Source: an uncultured Thermoplasmatales archaeon (GTDB taxonomy: Archaea > Thermoplasmatota > E2 > UBA202 > JdFR-43). Taken from it: a stretch of 50,448 nucleotides of DNA. The stretch is from NCBI GenBank assembly GCA_964612535.1, contig CAZTDS010000001.1, positions 1-50,448 on the forward strand, read 5' to 3'. The position numbers and the translations under genes were made by a program. Position 1 is the stretch's first letter. Each line of letters opens with the position of its first letter. The notes below the pieces were generated by a model. That model saw nothing but the letters and a program-made list of their open reading frames with translations. It ran no database searches and was not told the origin of the DNA. Positions 25,455 through 35,645 of the stretch are shown here, piece after piece.

Positions 25455-26747
25455 ATGGAATGGCTTAAAGAAGCTCTGTTTGTAAGGGAAATGGCAAGAA
25501 AAAACAATGAATTTTTCGGTGAATGCCTTCCAATGATTGCCTCAGAAAATATTCTCTCGCCCCTCTGCCAAGAAATGCTTGTAACCGATTTTCATGGAAG
25601 ATATGCAGAAGGCACTCCAGGCAACAGATATTATCAGGGTTGCAAATATTTCGATGAAGTGGAAAGAAAGGCAATCGAGCTTGCGAAAAAACTTTTTGAC
25701 TGCGAATATGCCGATGTCCGCCCCACCTCGGGAACTGTAGCCAACATGGCAATCTTCAAGGCATTTGCCTCGCCAGGCGATGATGTTACGGTGCTTGACA
25801 CAGCGGATGGAGCCCACATATCATTTGGTAAGTGGGGAGCGGCGGGGCTGCGGGGCTTAAATTTACACATATATCCATTTGATGAGGAAAAAATGAATAT
25901 AGATGTTGACGGAGCAATAAAACTCATTCGCCAGGTGGAACCGAAGCTTGCTCTCTTTGGGCAGAGCGTTTTTCTCTTTCCAACTCCCTTAAAGGAACTT
26001 GCTGATGTTGCCCATGAGGTTGGTGCCAAAGTCATATACGATGCAGCCCATGTACTTGGTTTGATAGCAGGCAGGAAATTCCAGCAACCGCTGAAAGAAG
26101 GTGCTGACGTAATGACGGGCTCAACTCACAAAACGCTGCCCGGTCCGCAGGGAGGAGTCATACTTGCCAATAAAACAAGGGAGGAGGAGAAAGAGATGAA
26201 ATACCTTGATTGGGCTGTATTTCCGGGCGTTACATCTTCATATCATCTCCATCATGTTGCAGCCAAAGCCATAGCATTTGCCGAGCATCTTCAATTTGGC
26301 AGAGAATATGCGGAGCAGATTGTGAGAAATGCAAAGAAACTGGCAGAAGAACTCTATAACTTGGGCTTCGATGTTTTGGGCAAGGATTATGGATTCACGG
26401 AATCGCATCAGATACTTTTTAGAGTTGGGAAGGAAAAAGGGAGGGAGGCAGCGGAACTGCTTGAGGAGGGAGGCATAATTGCTAACATGAATATGGTGCC
26501 GGGCGACGAGCATCCTTTGCGCCCTTCAGGCATAAGATTGGGTGTGCAGGAGTTGACGAGACTAGGAATGAAGGAAGGAGAAATGGAGGAGGTGGCAAAG
26601 TTTTTCAAGCGTATTTTAATTGATAAGGAAGAGCCTTCAAAGGTAAGAAAGGATGTTGTGGAATTCAAGAAAAATTACAGGAAAATACACTATTGTTTCT
26701 ATGAAGGGAGAGATCCTTATGAATTCATAGAGCTGGTAAGAGTATGA
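25455..26747 (+). CDS. glyA: serine hydroxymethyltransferase
   Basis: PMIASENILSP, RYYQGC, PLP-lysine motif GSTHKTLPGPQGG. Trimmed to ATG at 25455. Confidence 0.93.
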   Translation: MEWLKEALFVREMARKNNEFFGECLPMIASENILSPLCQEMLVTDFHGRYAEGTPGNRYYQGCKYFDEVERKAIELAKKLFDCEYADVRPTSGTVANMAIFKAFASPGDDVTVLDTADGAHISFGKWGAAGLRGLNLHIYPFDEEKMNIDVDGAIKLIRQVEPKLALFGQSVFLFPTPLKELADVAHEVGAKVIYDAAHVLGLIAGRKFQQPLKEGADVMTGSTHKTLPGPQGGVILANKTREEEKEMKYLDWAVFPGVTSSYHLHHVAAKAIAFAEHLQFGREYAEQIVRNAKKLAEELYNLGFDVLGKDYGFTESHQILFRVGKEKGREAAELLEEGGIIANMNMVPGDEHPLRPSGIRLGVQELTRLGMKEGEMEEVAKFFKRILIDKEEPSKVRKDVVEFKKNYRKIHYCFYEGRDPYEFIELVRV

Positions 26748-27262
26748 AAATAGCACTTACAGGCACACCAGGCGTGGGGAAAAGTGAGGTGGCAAAAAAA
26801 CTCGAGGAAATGGGATACAATGTACTGAGGCTTGAGGAAATAGTGGATAGATTTGTGGTTGGCTATGATGATGAAAGGGAGAGCAAGATAGTTGATGAGG
26901 AGGCAATGGATGAGTATATAAGACAGATAAAAGAGAAGGGCATCCTCATAATAGAGGGGCATCTCAGCCACTTGCTTAGCGTGGATGGTGTGATAATATT
27001 GAGATGCCACCCGAAAGAACTAATAAAAAGGCTGAGGACAAAAAAATGGAATGAGAGGAAAATCAAAGAAAATGTTGAAGCTGAAGCACTCGATATAATA
27101 CTGGAAAGAGCACTCGAAAAACATGAGAAGATATGGGAAATTGAGACAACTGGAAAGAGTGTGGATGAGGTGGCGGAGGAAGTGAGAAAGATAATTGAAA
27201 AAAGACCTCCCCCAAATTACGGAAATATTGACTATAGTGAATGGTTGATGGAAAATGCTTGA
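26744..27262 (+). CDS. Fap7/AK6-type putative adenylate kinase / NTPase
   Basis: MKIALTGTPGVGKSEVAKKL P-loop and a size of 172 aa, as in archaeal Fap7 homologs. ATGA overlap with glyA. Confidence 0.75.
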   Translation: MKIALTGTPGVGKSEVAKKLEEMGYNVLRLEEIVDRFVVGYDDERESKIVDEEAMDEYIRQIKEKGILIIEGHLSHLLSVDGVIILRCHPKELIKRLRTKKWNERKIKENVEAEALDIILERALEKHEKIWEIETTGKSVDEVAEEVRKIIEKRPPPNYGNIDYSEWLMENA

Positions 27263-27863
27263 TAAATATAGGCAAAAGGCAGAGTATATATTAGAGCCCA
27301 TTGCAGAAAGAATAAGCATGGAAGCGAACTGGCTCACCTATCTTTCTCTTTTATTTGCCCTCTTTGCTGGCATCGCATCCTTTTTATCATTTGAAAAAAG
27401 ATACTTTTTGCTTTTCGCCTCCCTCTGCATTTTTGTAAATGGTCTTTTAGACGCTCTCGATGGCAAAATAGCGAGAATGAAGGGAAAGGCGAGCAAAAAA
27501 GGAGATTTTGTTGATCACGCCATAGATAGATTTTCAGACGCTCTGATCATAGGCGGAATAGCCCTTTCGTCATGGGTCGATAAACTCATAGCCATCCCGG
27601 CCATCGCCACCGTCCTGCTGGTAAGTTATCTGGGCACGCAGGCGCAGGCGGTGGGCTATAAAAGGGTTTATGCAGGAGCGCTGGGGAGAGCTGATAGAAT
27701 AGCAATATTGTTTTTTGCATGCATACTGCAATTCTTTTTTGATAAATTTTTTGGCTTTTACCTGCTTGAGTGGGTTATGATATACTTTATAGTAGCTGGT
27801 GTGATAACAATAGTGCAGAGATATTTCGCTGTTATGAAATGGTTTGGAAATGATAAAAGATAA
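27255..27863 (+). CDS. CDP-alcohol phosphatidyltransferase (archaeal polar-lipid headgroup synthase family)
   Basis: Family signature DALDGKIARMKGKASKKGDFVDHAIDRFSD (D-x2-DG-x2-AR...G-x3-D-x3-D) plus about 6 TM helices. Confidence 0.85.
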   Translation: MLDKYRQKAEYILEPIAERISMEANWLTYLSLLFALFAGIASFLSFEKRYFLLFASLCIFVNGLLDALDGKIARMKGKASKKGDFVDHAIDRFSDALIIGGIALSSWVDKLIAIPAIATVLLVSYLGTQAQAVGYKRVYAGALGRADRIAILFFACILQFFFDKFFGFYLLEWVMIYFIVAGVITIVQRYFAVMKWFGNDKR

Positions 27864-27871
27864 ATTTGGAA

Positions 27872-28738
27872 ATGCTATCTTTAAGTGTGTGGAAAATCCT
27901 TGCAATTTATATTGTCACTCTTGCAATGAAGCTTTTTGGATATATCATTTCTGGATATTTTGTTCTGCTTGCCGACGCCTTACATGGCATTTCTGATATT
28001 GCCGGCATACTCTTACTCATTTCTTCAGGCATTATATCCAGAAAGCCAAGCGATGAATCGCATCCTCTGGGACATGAAATGGCTAGAAATGTTGCATCTC
28101 TCGTTGTAGCTGTCGTTTTCATAACCATAATTGCCTTCGAACTTTTTAAAGAAGGAATAATAAAAATAATATCACCTGCTCCATATTACTCCAATACCTT
28201 AATTGTTATAGAAGTGGAATTGGCAGTTTTGCTTTTACTTCTCCTTTCAGCATATATACTTCATAAAGAAAAAGGTATACTGAGTAGAACACTTTTTCTC
28301 GAAAGCATTAACGATGCTCTCTCCACATTTGCTGCCATTGTGGGCATAGTTGTTGTTAGCATTGGATACAAAATTTTTGATGGTGTTGCATCGATTTTCA
28401 TTGCTATTCTGATTTCATATAACGCCTTCAAGTTAATAAAATACAATACTCGTTTCCTGCTCGGTATGTCGCCTTCAGATAAATTTTATCGAGATGTTGA
28501 AAAAATATGCAAATCATTCAAGGAGGTTAAAGGAGTGCATGACATGATTGCAACATACATAGGTGAGAATAAAATACATCTTGACATGCATATAACGGTG
28601 GATGGAAAAATGAGCGTTGATGAAGCGGATAAACTATCGGAAAAAATAGCGGAAAAACTGCAGAAAGAAATGCCAGAGATTGAGCATCTTACCATTCATT
28701 TTTGCCCCCATTATGGCGAAAAAAGGAAAATGTTGTAA
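27872..28738 (+). CDS. cation diffusion facilitator (CDF) family metal efflux transporter
   Basis: LLADALHGISDIAG and HPLGHEMARNVASL in TM2/TM5, with a C-terminal cytoplasmic domain. The track start at 27866 is TTG; ATG is at 27872. Confidence 0.85.
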   Translation: MLSLSVWKILAIYIVTLAMKLFGYIISGYFVLLADALHGISDIAGILLLISSGIISRKPSDESHPLGHEMARNVASLVVAVVFITIIAFELFKEGIIKIISPAPYYSNTLIVIEVELAVLLLLLLSAYILHKEKGILSRTLFLESINDALSTFAAIVGIVVVSIGYKIFDGVASIFIAILISYNAFKLIKYNTRFLLGMSPSDKFYRDVEKICKSFKEVKGVHDMIATYIGENKIHLDMHITVDGKMSVDEADKLSEKIAEKLQKEMPEIEHLTIHFCPHYGEKRKML

Positions 28739-28843
28739 AATTGGTAAGTCATTTTTCCCTCATTAAAGCAAATTTTCATAGTTGTTCTGAATTATTCGAA
28801 AAATGCACAATAAAATTTAAATTTTATAAAAACTCCATATTCC

Positions 28844-30781
28844 ATGAAGAGGATAATTGTTATTGCTGTGGTTATGCTGCTCCCATTATCATCTGCTTTT
28901 GAAATAAGAGAATGGGATAGGCATGTGTATTATAGAAACATAACATTGTATGCTCCTGCTGTGGCTCAAGCTGAAAATGGGAGTTATTTTGGTGTCCTTA
29001 CTGAAATCAATGTTACAATGATGAATGGCTCAGGCAATGTTTTTGTTATAACATCTCCTCTGACACAGCTTGATATGCAGGGTTCAGCACGTCTTGCTGT
29101 CGATGTTGCGGGAATGATTACAGGGATTGATACAGGCAAATACGATTTTCTTTTCCAGGTGAAAGCTGACTCGCCCATAGTCGGCGGCCCCTCCGCTGGA
29201 GCGACGATGTGCATAGCAGCGATTTGCCTGCTGGAAGGCATGGCAGCTAACGATGGCATCATAATGACTGGAATGATAAATCCCGATGGAAGCATAGGAC
29301 CTGTTGGAGGGATACTTGAAAAAGGAGAAGCGGCAGGAAAAGCTGGAATGAAATATTTTTTGATTCCTGAGGGACAGAGCATAGAATATAAAATTGTGGA
29401 AGAGAAATCTGGCTGGCTGACATTTTATAGAAGAGTGCCTGTTAATGTTTCAGAGGAACTGTATAACAAATATGGTTTAATTGTAAAGGAGGTGGAGGAT
29501 ATCAACGATGCCCTCGTATATTTCACCAATTACAGTTTTGAGGAAGAAAAATTGAATAAGACAATAATAACGGCAGAATACTACAGGGAAATAATGCAGC
29601 CACTTGCATATGAGATATTGCAGGAAGCCAATGAAAGTTACATGGATGCTCAAAAAGCGTTTAACTCTGCTCACATTCCCATTGGCAGCTGGCTTTACAA
29701 TCCGAAGGCAATAGTGGCAAACAGTCTCGATAATGCAGAAAAAATGCTTAACGACGCCCACATAGCTTATAAAAACGCCTTCTATTATTACAGCATAAGC
29801 AAGGCATTTCAGTCGAAAATTAATTCGCTTTTCGTCAAATATGCATGCTTTTATTACAATGGCACAAGCATTCAGCAAATTTATGATAATGTTTCAAAAG
29901 CCGTCGAAAAGGCAGTTGAGGCAGCAAAGAAGGCAGAAATCACCGGCATTGTAAGCCTGCAATGCGTGGGGGCGGCGCAGCAACGGGCTTTTGAAGCAAA
30001 AGGCTACCTTAACCAAAGTGCGCAGCGAAGCCTTGACTATCTTTACTATCTTGCGTATGCAATGGAGAGGAGTAATACTGTCTACTGGTGGCTCAACCTT
30101 AGCAAAAACTTCAATGAAAGTTACTATGTTAATGAAACATGGGTAAAAGCGATGGCAGAGAAGTATTACGATTACGCCCAGAATATATTTTCATATGCAA
30201 ACATACTTTCTGAGGAAACAGGTTATTCAGGACAGTTTGTTAAAAAGGCAGGCGATTTACTTGATGAAGCATTTAAGCATAAGGAGGAATATCCTGCCGC
30301 CAGTTTATTCAATTCCTTGGAATCAATAGCTAACTCTAACCTTGCCATAGAAATGATTGGGGTGAGTGAGAACGAGATATATTCGAAAATAAACCGAACA
30401 AGCCAGATGGTGAGTTATGCCATAGAGAAGGCAAGAAATATGAGTATTGAGCCCATCATGGCTGTGAGTTATGCAGAATTTGGAAGAAGTCTGGAAAATG
30501 ATGATGCAGTGGCTGCTTTAACTTATTACAAATACGCCTATATGATTGCAAATATGTTATGCCTGGCAAAGGGATATAAAGTTAAGAAGGAAATCCATAA
30601 AAGCAACATGGAATGGGGAGGAGAGGCAAACAATGGCAACCAAAATTTGGAAATCAACTGGCCAATTGTAACGGTTCTAGCTTTTGTGATTGGACTAATT
30701 GCAGGTGTGGCAGCAGGAAGAGCATGGAAGGGAAGGAATAGCGAGGAAAATATAACTGAGGAAGAAGAAGGCATTGAATAA
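28844..30781 (+). CDS. secreted, C-terminally anchored S16 (Lon-type) serine protease domain protein
   Basis: Signal peptide MKRIIVIAVVMLLPLSSA. Lon proteolytic motifs IVGGPSAGATM (Ser codon 29192-29194) and VGGILEKGEAAGKAG (Lys). Then a helical region of about 400 aa, a C-terminal TM segment IVTVLAFVIGLIAGVAAG and an acidic tail. Many N-x-S/T sequons. Confidence 0.75.
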   Translation: MKRIIVIAVVMLLPLSSAFEIREWDRHVYYRNITLYAPAVAQAENGSYFGVLTEINVTMMNGSGNVFVITSPLTQLDMQGSARLAVDVAGMITGIDTGKYDFLFQVKADSPIVGGPSAGATMCIAAICLLEGMAANDGIIMTGMINPDGSIGPVGGILEKGEAAGKAGMKYFLIPEGQSIEYKIVEEKSGWLTFYRRVPVNVSEELYNKYGLIVKEVEDINDALVYFTNYSFEEEKLNKTIITAEYYREIMQPLAYEILQEANESYMDAQKAFNSAHIPIGSWLYNPKAIVANSLDNAEKMLNDAHIAYKNAFYYYSISKAFQSKINSLFVKYACFYYNGTSIQQIYDNVSKAVEKAVEAAKKAEITGIVSLQCVGAAQQRAFEAKGYLNQSAQRSLDYLYYLAYAMERSNTVYWWLNLSKNFNESYYVNETWVKAMAEKYYDYAQNIFSYANILSEETGYSGQFVKKAGDLLDEAFKHKEEYPAASLFNSLESIANSNLAIEMIGVSENEIYSKINRTSQMVSYAIEKARNMSIEPIMAVSYAEFGRSLENDDAVAALTYYKYAYMIANMLCLAKGYKVKKEIHKSNMEWGGEANNGNQNLEINWPIVTVLAFVIGLIAGVAAGRAWKGRNSEENITEEEEGIE

Positions 30782-30830
30782 CCTCTCCTCCCAACCTAAA
30801 TAATATAAACACTATTGCAATTATACTCTC

Positions 30831-32477
30831 ATGAAAAAAATCTTGCTATTTATTGCCATTGGCGTGCTTCTGCTCCCTGCTGCCTCAAATTTTAATGTAA
30901 CAGTGAATGACGCCCATACAGAAATTCAGGAGGAAAAGTTTGAGGAGAGGGAGATGGGAGAAAACGATACAGAATACTGGGCACTTCTCATAGCAGTGGG
31001 AAAATATGCAAATGTGCCCGAGATGGATAGGCCGAGCATGCTCATAGAAGTGGAAAATTTTTACAACACACTTCTCGTATCAGAAAGATGGAAGGAAGAC
31101 CATATCAAAGTGCTGACGGCTGAAAATGCAACTGTGTTTAACATACTGGCTGCTTTTAAATGGCTTGATGAAATGGAAGATGAAAACGATTTTTGCCTTG
31201 TTTATATAACAACGCATGGCTTTCCCATCCTTTTTGACCTTCCTCCATTCGATGAAGATGACGGAATGGATGAGGCGCTTGCAACTTACCGTGGCTTTCT
31301 TCCTTTCCCGAATCCATGGAGCTGGGAACCGCTTGCCAATCCTTTTGCAATTCTAACAGATGATTTACTCAATTTTCTCCTCAACAGATTGGAGGCAAAA
31401 GGCATATGTTTCATTGTTGATAGCTGCCACAGTGGAGGCTTTAATGATAACTGGAGTTATGTAAAGGCAAACAATTTTGCAGTTGAACTTGCCAAGGATT
31501 TGAGAGGAGGAAACAGAATTGTAATGACCTCTGTAAGGGAGGAAGACCTCTCATATGGCTCAATATTTACCCATTTTATCGTGGAAGGACTTAAAGGATA
31601 TGCAGATAGCAATAACGATGGAATATGCACAGCTGAAGAGGCATTTTACTATGCCAAGCCACGTGTAATGGAAGCATCAGGCTATTCAATGGTGCCACAG
31701 ATATTTGATGATTATGAGGGAGAGATGCCTCTAACAGAAAAAGAACTTCCTCCTTCAAAGCCGGTGATAGGAGGCGTGGAGATAGGTGATGCAAATGTTA
31801 CAATGCTCTATACATTTTATTCAACTGATCCAGAGGGAGACAGGATAAAATATCACATAAAATGGGGTGATGGAAGTGAGGAATACACCTCTTTTTATAA
31901 TTCGGGCGAAAAGGTTAATGTGACACATGTATGGACAAAGGAAGGCACATATGAAATTGAAGTGGAAGCGATAGATGAGCATGGAGCTGTAGGCGAGAAA
32001 AGTTATAAGACTGTAACCATGCAGGGAAAATATAGCGTGGATCAGAGGCAAGTAAACACGAGATATGCATATCTTGTAAATGATACAAGGTGGCTTGCCC
32101 AGTCTTTTGTACCTTCCATGCCCGTTTTGGGAGAAGTGGAATTATGCCTTATATGCTGGGCTGATGGATATGATTTGGAACTTTCCATAAGAGAGGAAAT
32201 AGATGGCGATGATTTGGTAAAAGTAACGAAAACAATTGCTCCTACTGATGAATGGAAAGTTCAGTGGGTAATGTTCAGTTTCGATGAAATTAATGTCACT
32301 CCTGGAAAAGAATACTACATTGTATGCAAAAGTTCCGAGTCAGGACAGGGCGTCGCCTGGGTTGTCGGCGGAAATGAATATGGAAAAGGGATGTTTTATA
32401 CATCATCAGATGCTGGAAATGAATGGTGGAGTATTGAAGACTTAGACGCATGTTTCGTAACCTATGGTTTCAGCTAA
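30831..32477 (+). CDS. secreted caspase-fold (clan CD, C13/C14-like) cysteine peptidase with EF-hand-like loop, PKD domain and C-terminal beta domain
   Basis: Signal peptide MKKILLFIAIGVLLLPAAS. Catalytic dyad contexts YITTHG (His codon 31215-31217) and IVDSCHSGG (Cys codon 31425-31427). DSNNDGICTAEE loop at 31605-31640. PKD signature KWGDGSEEYT...THVWTKEGTYEIEVEAID. Confidence 0.75.
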   Translation: MKKILLFIAIGVLLLPAASNFNVTVNDAHTEIQEEKFEEREMGENDTEYWALLIAVGKYANVPEMDRPSMLIEVENFYNTLLVSERWKEDHIKVLTAENATVFNILAAFKWLDEMEDENDFCLVYITTHGFPILFDLPPFDEDDGMDEALATYRGFLPFPNPWSWEPLANPFAILTDDLLNFLLNRLEAKGICFIVDSCHSGGFNDNWSYVKANNFAVELAKDLRGGNRIVMTSVREEDLSYGSIFTHFIVEGLKGYADSNNDGICTAEEAFYYAKPRVMEASGYSMVPQIFDDYEGEMPLTEKELPPSKPVIGGVEIGDANVTMLYTFYSTDPEGDRIKYHIKWGDGSEEYTSFYNSGEKVNVTHVWTKEGTYEIEVEAIDEHGAVGEKSYKTVTMQGKYSVDQRQVNTRYAYLVNDTRWLAQSFVPSMPVLGEVELCLICWADGYDLELSIREEIDGDDLVKVTKTIAPTDEWKVQWVMFSFDEINVTPGKEYYIVCKSSESGQGVAWVVGGNEYGKGMFYTSSDAGNEWWSIEDLDACFVTYGFS

Positions 32478-32495
32478 GAGACAAACATATAAATA

Positions 32496-33752
32496 ATGCC
32501 ATTTATAAGACACGTGAAGGTATATATGGAAGTATATGGATGCGCAGCAAATCAGGGAGATGCATCAATAATGCAGGGCATACTGCTCCAGCAGGGGCAC
32601 GAGATTGTAGATAGTTTGGAGAAGGCGGATGCGGCGGTAATTGTAACCTGCACAGTAGTTGCCACCACAGAGCAGAGAATGCTGAGCAGAATAAAAGAGC
32701 TTGATGGCAAAGTGGAAAAAATTGTTGTGGCAGGCTGCATGGCGGCGGCGCAGCCCGAGCTGATTGAAAAAGTGTGCAGGAAAGCGGTGCTGCTTCCTCC
32801 TCGCCATATTCATCATATTGTGGATGCATTGAATGGCGGTGGAGTTTATGAAGAAAGGGCTAAGGTCAGGCTTCCACGCAAAGTAGAGCTGCGCCTCAAT
32901 ATTCCTATAGCAGATGGCTGCATGTATAATTGTTCATACTGTATAACAAAAAAGGCGAGGGGAAATCTTGTTTCGTATCCGCTGAAGGATATTGTTGAGG
33001 ATGTAAAGGAGGCTATAAAGAAAGGTTGCAAGGAAATCCGCCTTACATGCCAGGATACAGCATCATATGGAAGAGATATAGGGAGCAATCTGGCTGAACT
33101 GATAAATGAAATTGCATCCATAGAAGGCGATTTCATGATAAGAGTGGGAATGATGCATCCCCTTTCAGCACATCGTATTCTGGATGAGTTGCTTGAAGCA
33201 TATGGTAGGGAGAAAGTGTATAAGTTTCTTCATTTGCCTCTCCAGTCAGCCTCACCAAAAATACTCAGGGCAATGAGGAGGGGTTACAGTTATGAAATGT
33301 TTAAGGAAATAGTGGATGAATTCAGGAGAAAATATCCAGAATCGACCTTCGCAACTGATATAATAGTTGCTTTTCCAGGAGAAAGCCAGGAGGATTTTGA
33401 AATGAGTGTAGATGCAATAAGGGAGGTAAAACCGGATGTAACAAATATAACCCGTTTTTCACCTCGCCCCCATACAGATGCATGGAAAATGAAAAGGATG
33501 GATACAAAGGTTGCAAAACATCGCTCCTCACTTTTAACATGCATTGCAAATGAGATTGCATATGAAAGGAATAAAAGATGCATTGGAAAAACTTATCGCG
33601 TATTACTGCTGGAGAAATATAAAGGTTATACCATAGGGAAAACAGAGTCATACAAATCTATTTTTGTTGAAGGCGGCAAGCTGGGAGATTTCGTTATAGC
33701 TAAAGCGATAGAAGCCACCCCCACCCATTTAAAAGCGAATATCATTGCATAA
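32496..33752 (+). CDS. MiaB-like tRNA methylthiotransferase, archaeal/eukaryal CDKAL1 (e-MtaB) type
   Basis: N-terminal UPF0004 Cys (YGCAANQ..), radical SAM CMYNCSYC, C-terminal TRAM-like segment. Confidence 0.87.
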   Translation: MPFIRHVKVYMEVYGCAANQGDASIMQGILLQQGHEIVDSLEKADAAVIVTCTVVATTEQRMLSRIKELDGKVEKIVVAGCMAAAQPELIEKVCRKAVLLPPRHIHHIVDALNGGGVYEERAKVRLPRKVELRLNIPIADGCMYNCSYCITKKARGNLVSYPLKDIVEDVKEAIKKGCKEIRLTCQDTASYGRDIGSNLAELINEIASIEGDFMIRVGMMHPLSAHRILDELLEAYGREKVYKFLHLPLQSASPKILRAMRRGYSYEMFKEIVDEFRRKYPESTFATDIIVAFPGESQEDFEMSVDAIREVKPDVTNITRFSPRPHTDAWKMKRMDTKVAKHRSSLLTCIANEIAYERNKRCIGKTYRVLLLEKYKGYTIGKTESYKSIFVEGGKLGDFVIAKAIEATPTHLKANIIA

Positions 33753-33816
33753 CCTTGTTGTTTTCACTATAGATATATCTCCACAATATCGTTTTAAATT
33801 ATGCAAAGTATAATAA

Positions 33817-34812
33817 ATGAATTTGCAATATAATTTTGGTGATTTTATGATTACGGACGTGTGGGATGTAATAGTAATTGGAGGGGGGCCTGCTGGATTG
33901 ACAACTGCTATCATGTGTAGTGATCGCCATTTAAAAACGCTTGTGCTGGAAGGAGGTACATGGGGTGGTTTGCCAGCAACAATGTATCCTAGCAAAATAA
34001 TTCCAAACTATCCCGGCTTTCCAGATGGCATAACTGGCATCGAGCTAGTGAGAAGATGGATAAAACATGCAAAAGAAAGCGAATTTGTAACAATGAAAAG
34101 GGAAAGAGTGATAGAAATTGAAGATTGGGAGAAAATTAAAAAGGTCAAAACAGAAGAAGGAGAGTATACGGGCAAGACAATAGTAATAGCAACGGGAACT
34201 AGACCAAGGGAACTTGGTATCCCGGGGGAGGCAAAGTTTAACAGAGGAGATAAGGGTGTATATTATTTCGTAACACATCGAGAAAAATTCATTGGACAAA
34301 GATGCCTTGTCGTTGGAGGAGGAGATACTGCCGTAGATGCCGCCCTGGATTTGCTTGATCTGGCAGATGAGATTACAATCATACATAGAAGAGATAAGTT
34401 CAGGGCTTTAGAGGATAGTGTAAAGAAAATGGAGGAAAGCGGGAAAATCAATATAAAACTTAATACAGAGCTTAAGGAAATAAGAGGAAGCGATAAAGTG
34501 GAGGAAGCCGTGCTTTACAACAATAAGACGGGTGAGGAAGAGGTAATTAAAGTTGATAAAGTAATTCTTGCTGTGGGTCTTAAGCCAAACATTGAGCTTT
34601 TCCAGAAGATAGGTGTGAAAACAGATGATAGGGGCTACATAATAACAGATGGCAGGCAGAGAACAAATGTGAAGGGTATTTTCGCAGTTGGAGATGTTGT
34701 CCAAGGCGCCTTCCGCCTGCTCATTGTGGGTGCTGCTCACGGCGCAATAGCGGCGCAGAAAATCTATGAATACATAAAGAAGCCATACTGGGCTGGAGAA
34801 GATGAGAAATAG
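33817..34812 (+). CDS. thioredoxin-reductase-like FAD/NAD(P) flavoprotein lacking the redox CxxC (ferredoxin-NADP reductase type 2-like)
   Basis: DVIVIGGGPAGLTTAI, VVGGGDTAVDAALDL, GIFAVGDV. No CATCDG-type disulfide motif between the two dinucleotide folds. An alternative ATG is at 33847. Confidence 0.78.
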   Translation: MNLQYNFGDFMITDVWDVIVIGGGPAGLTTAIMCSDRHLKTLVLEGGTWGGLPATMYPSKIIPNYPGFPDGITGIELVRRWIKHAKESEFVTMKRERVIEIEDWEKIKKVKTEEGEYTGKTIVIATGTRPRELGIPGEAKFNRGDKGVYYFVTHREKFIGQRCLVVGGGDTAVDAALDLLDLADEITIIHRRDKFRALEDSVKKMEESGKINIKLNTELKEIRGSDKVEEAVLYNNKTGEEEVIKVDKVILAVGLKPNIELFQKIGVKTDDRGYIITDGRQRTNVKGIFAVGDVVQGAFRLLIVGAAHGAIAAQKIYEYIKKPYWAGEDEK

Positions 34813-34821
34813 CTTACTCCT

Positions 34822-35598
34822 CTACAATTTTATTTTTTTATATTCCGCATAACTGAAAACAGGACCATCTACGCATGTATATTTATTTCCTCCAACGACG
34901 CAATGTCCGCATTTACCTATCCCGCACTTCATTCTTCTTTCAAGAGAAAGAAATATTCTCTCTTCCTTCAACCCCTCATTTAACAGCTTCGTCACAACTG
35001 GCACGAACATTGCCGGTGGTCCGCAAACAAAAGCAATTTCATTGCCATTAAGTTCTGCCTCCTCTATAAAATCGCTGACATACCCCTGCCTTTTTCCTCC
35101 TTTCTCAAAAACTTCTATTACCTCCGCTTCGCCTGCCCATTCCTCCAACTCGTTTCTGAACAGCATGTCATCTGGCTCTCTCACTCCATAAAGAATTTTT
35201 AACGAATTGCACCATTTCCTTCGGATACTTTCCTTTATAAAGCTTCGCAGCGGAAGAATGCCAAGACCACCAGCAATAACAACAACATCTTTGCCCCTCA
35301 CTTTTTCCATTGGGAAACCATTTCCTAAAGGGCCGCGAAATCCAATAAAATCGCCTTCGCCAAAATTCATCAGATATGATGTAACTCTGCCCATCTTTTT
35401 GACGCATATTTCAAAATATTCTTTTTCAGAAGGTGATGAGCATATGGATACTGGAAATTCTCCTATGCCCGGAAGAGAAATTTCAACAAATTGGCCGGGT
35501 GTAAAATCAAGGGAGGCTTTTATCCTAAAGAGTTTTTTATCAAAAGGATATTGTTCAGAGTATAAAATCTCTGCTTTTTTTGGCAGATAATGGTTCAT
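34822..35598 (-). CDS. PyrK/HydG-like FAD/NAD(P)H oxidoreductase with C-terminal [2Fe-2S] cluster
   Basis: PGQFVEISLPGIGEFPVSICSSP, GGLGILP, C-terminal Cys cluster MKCGIGKCGHCVVG...YTCVDGP. The track start at 35649 is TTG; ATG is at 35598. Confidence 0.8.
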   Translation of the reverse strand: MNHYLPKKAEILYSEQYPFDKKLFRIKASLDFTPGQFVEISLPGIGEFPVSICSSPSEKEYFEICVKKMGRVTSYLMNFGEGDFIGFRGPLGNGFPMEKVRGKDVVVIAGGLGILPLRSFIKESIRRKWCNSLKILYGVREPDDMLFRNELEEWAGEAEVIEVFEKGGKRQGYVSDFIEEAELNGNEIAFVCGPPAMFVPVVTKLLNEGLKEERIFLSLERRMKCGIGKCGHCVVGGNKYTCVDGPVFSYAEYKKIKL

Positions 35599-35645
35599 CA
35601 AAAAGTGAATGGAGAGCCAATATATATGATTTAACTTAACATGAT

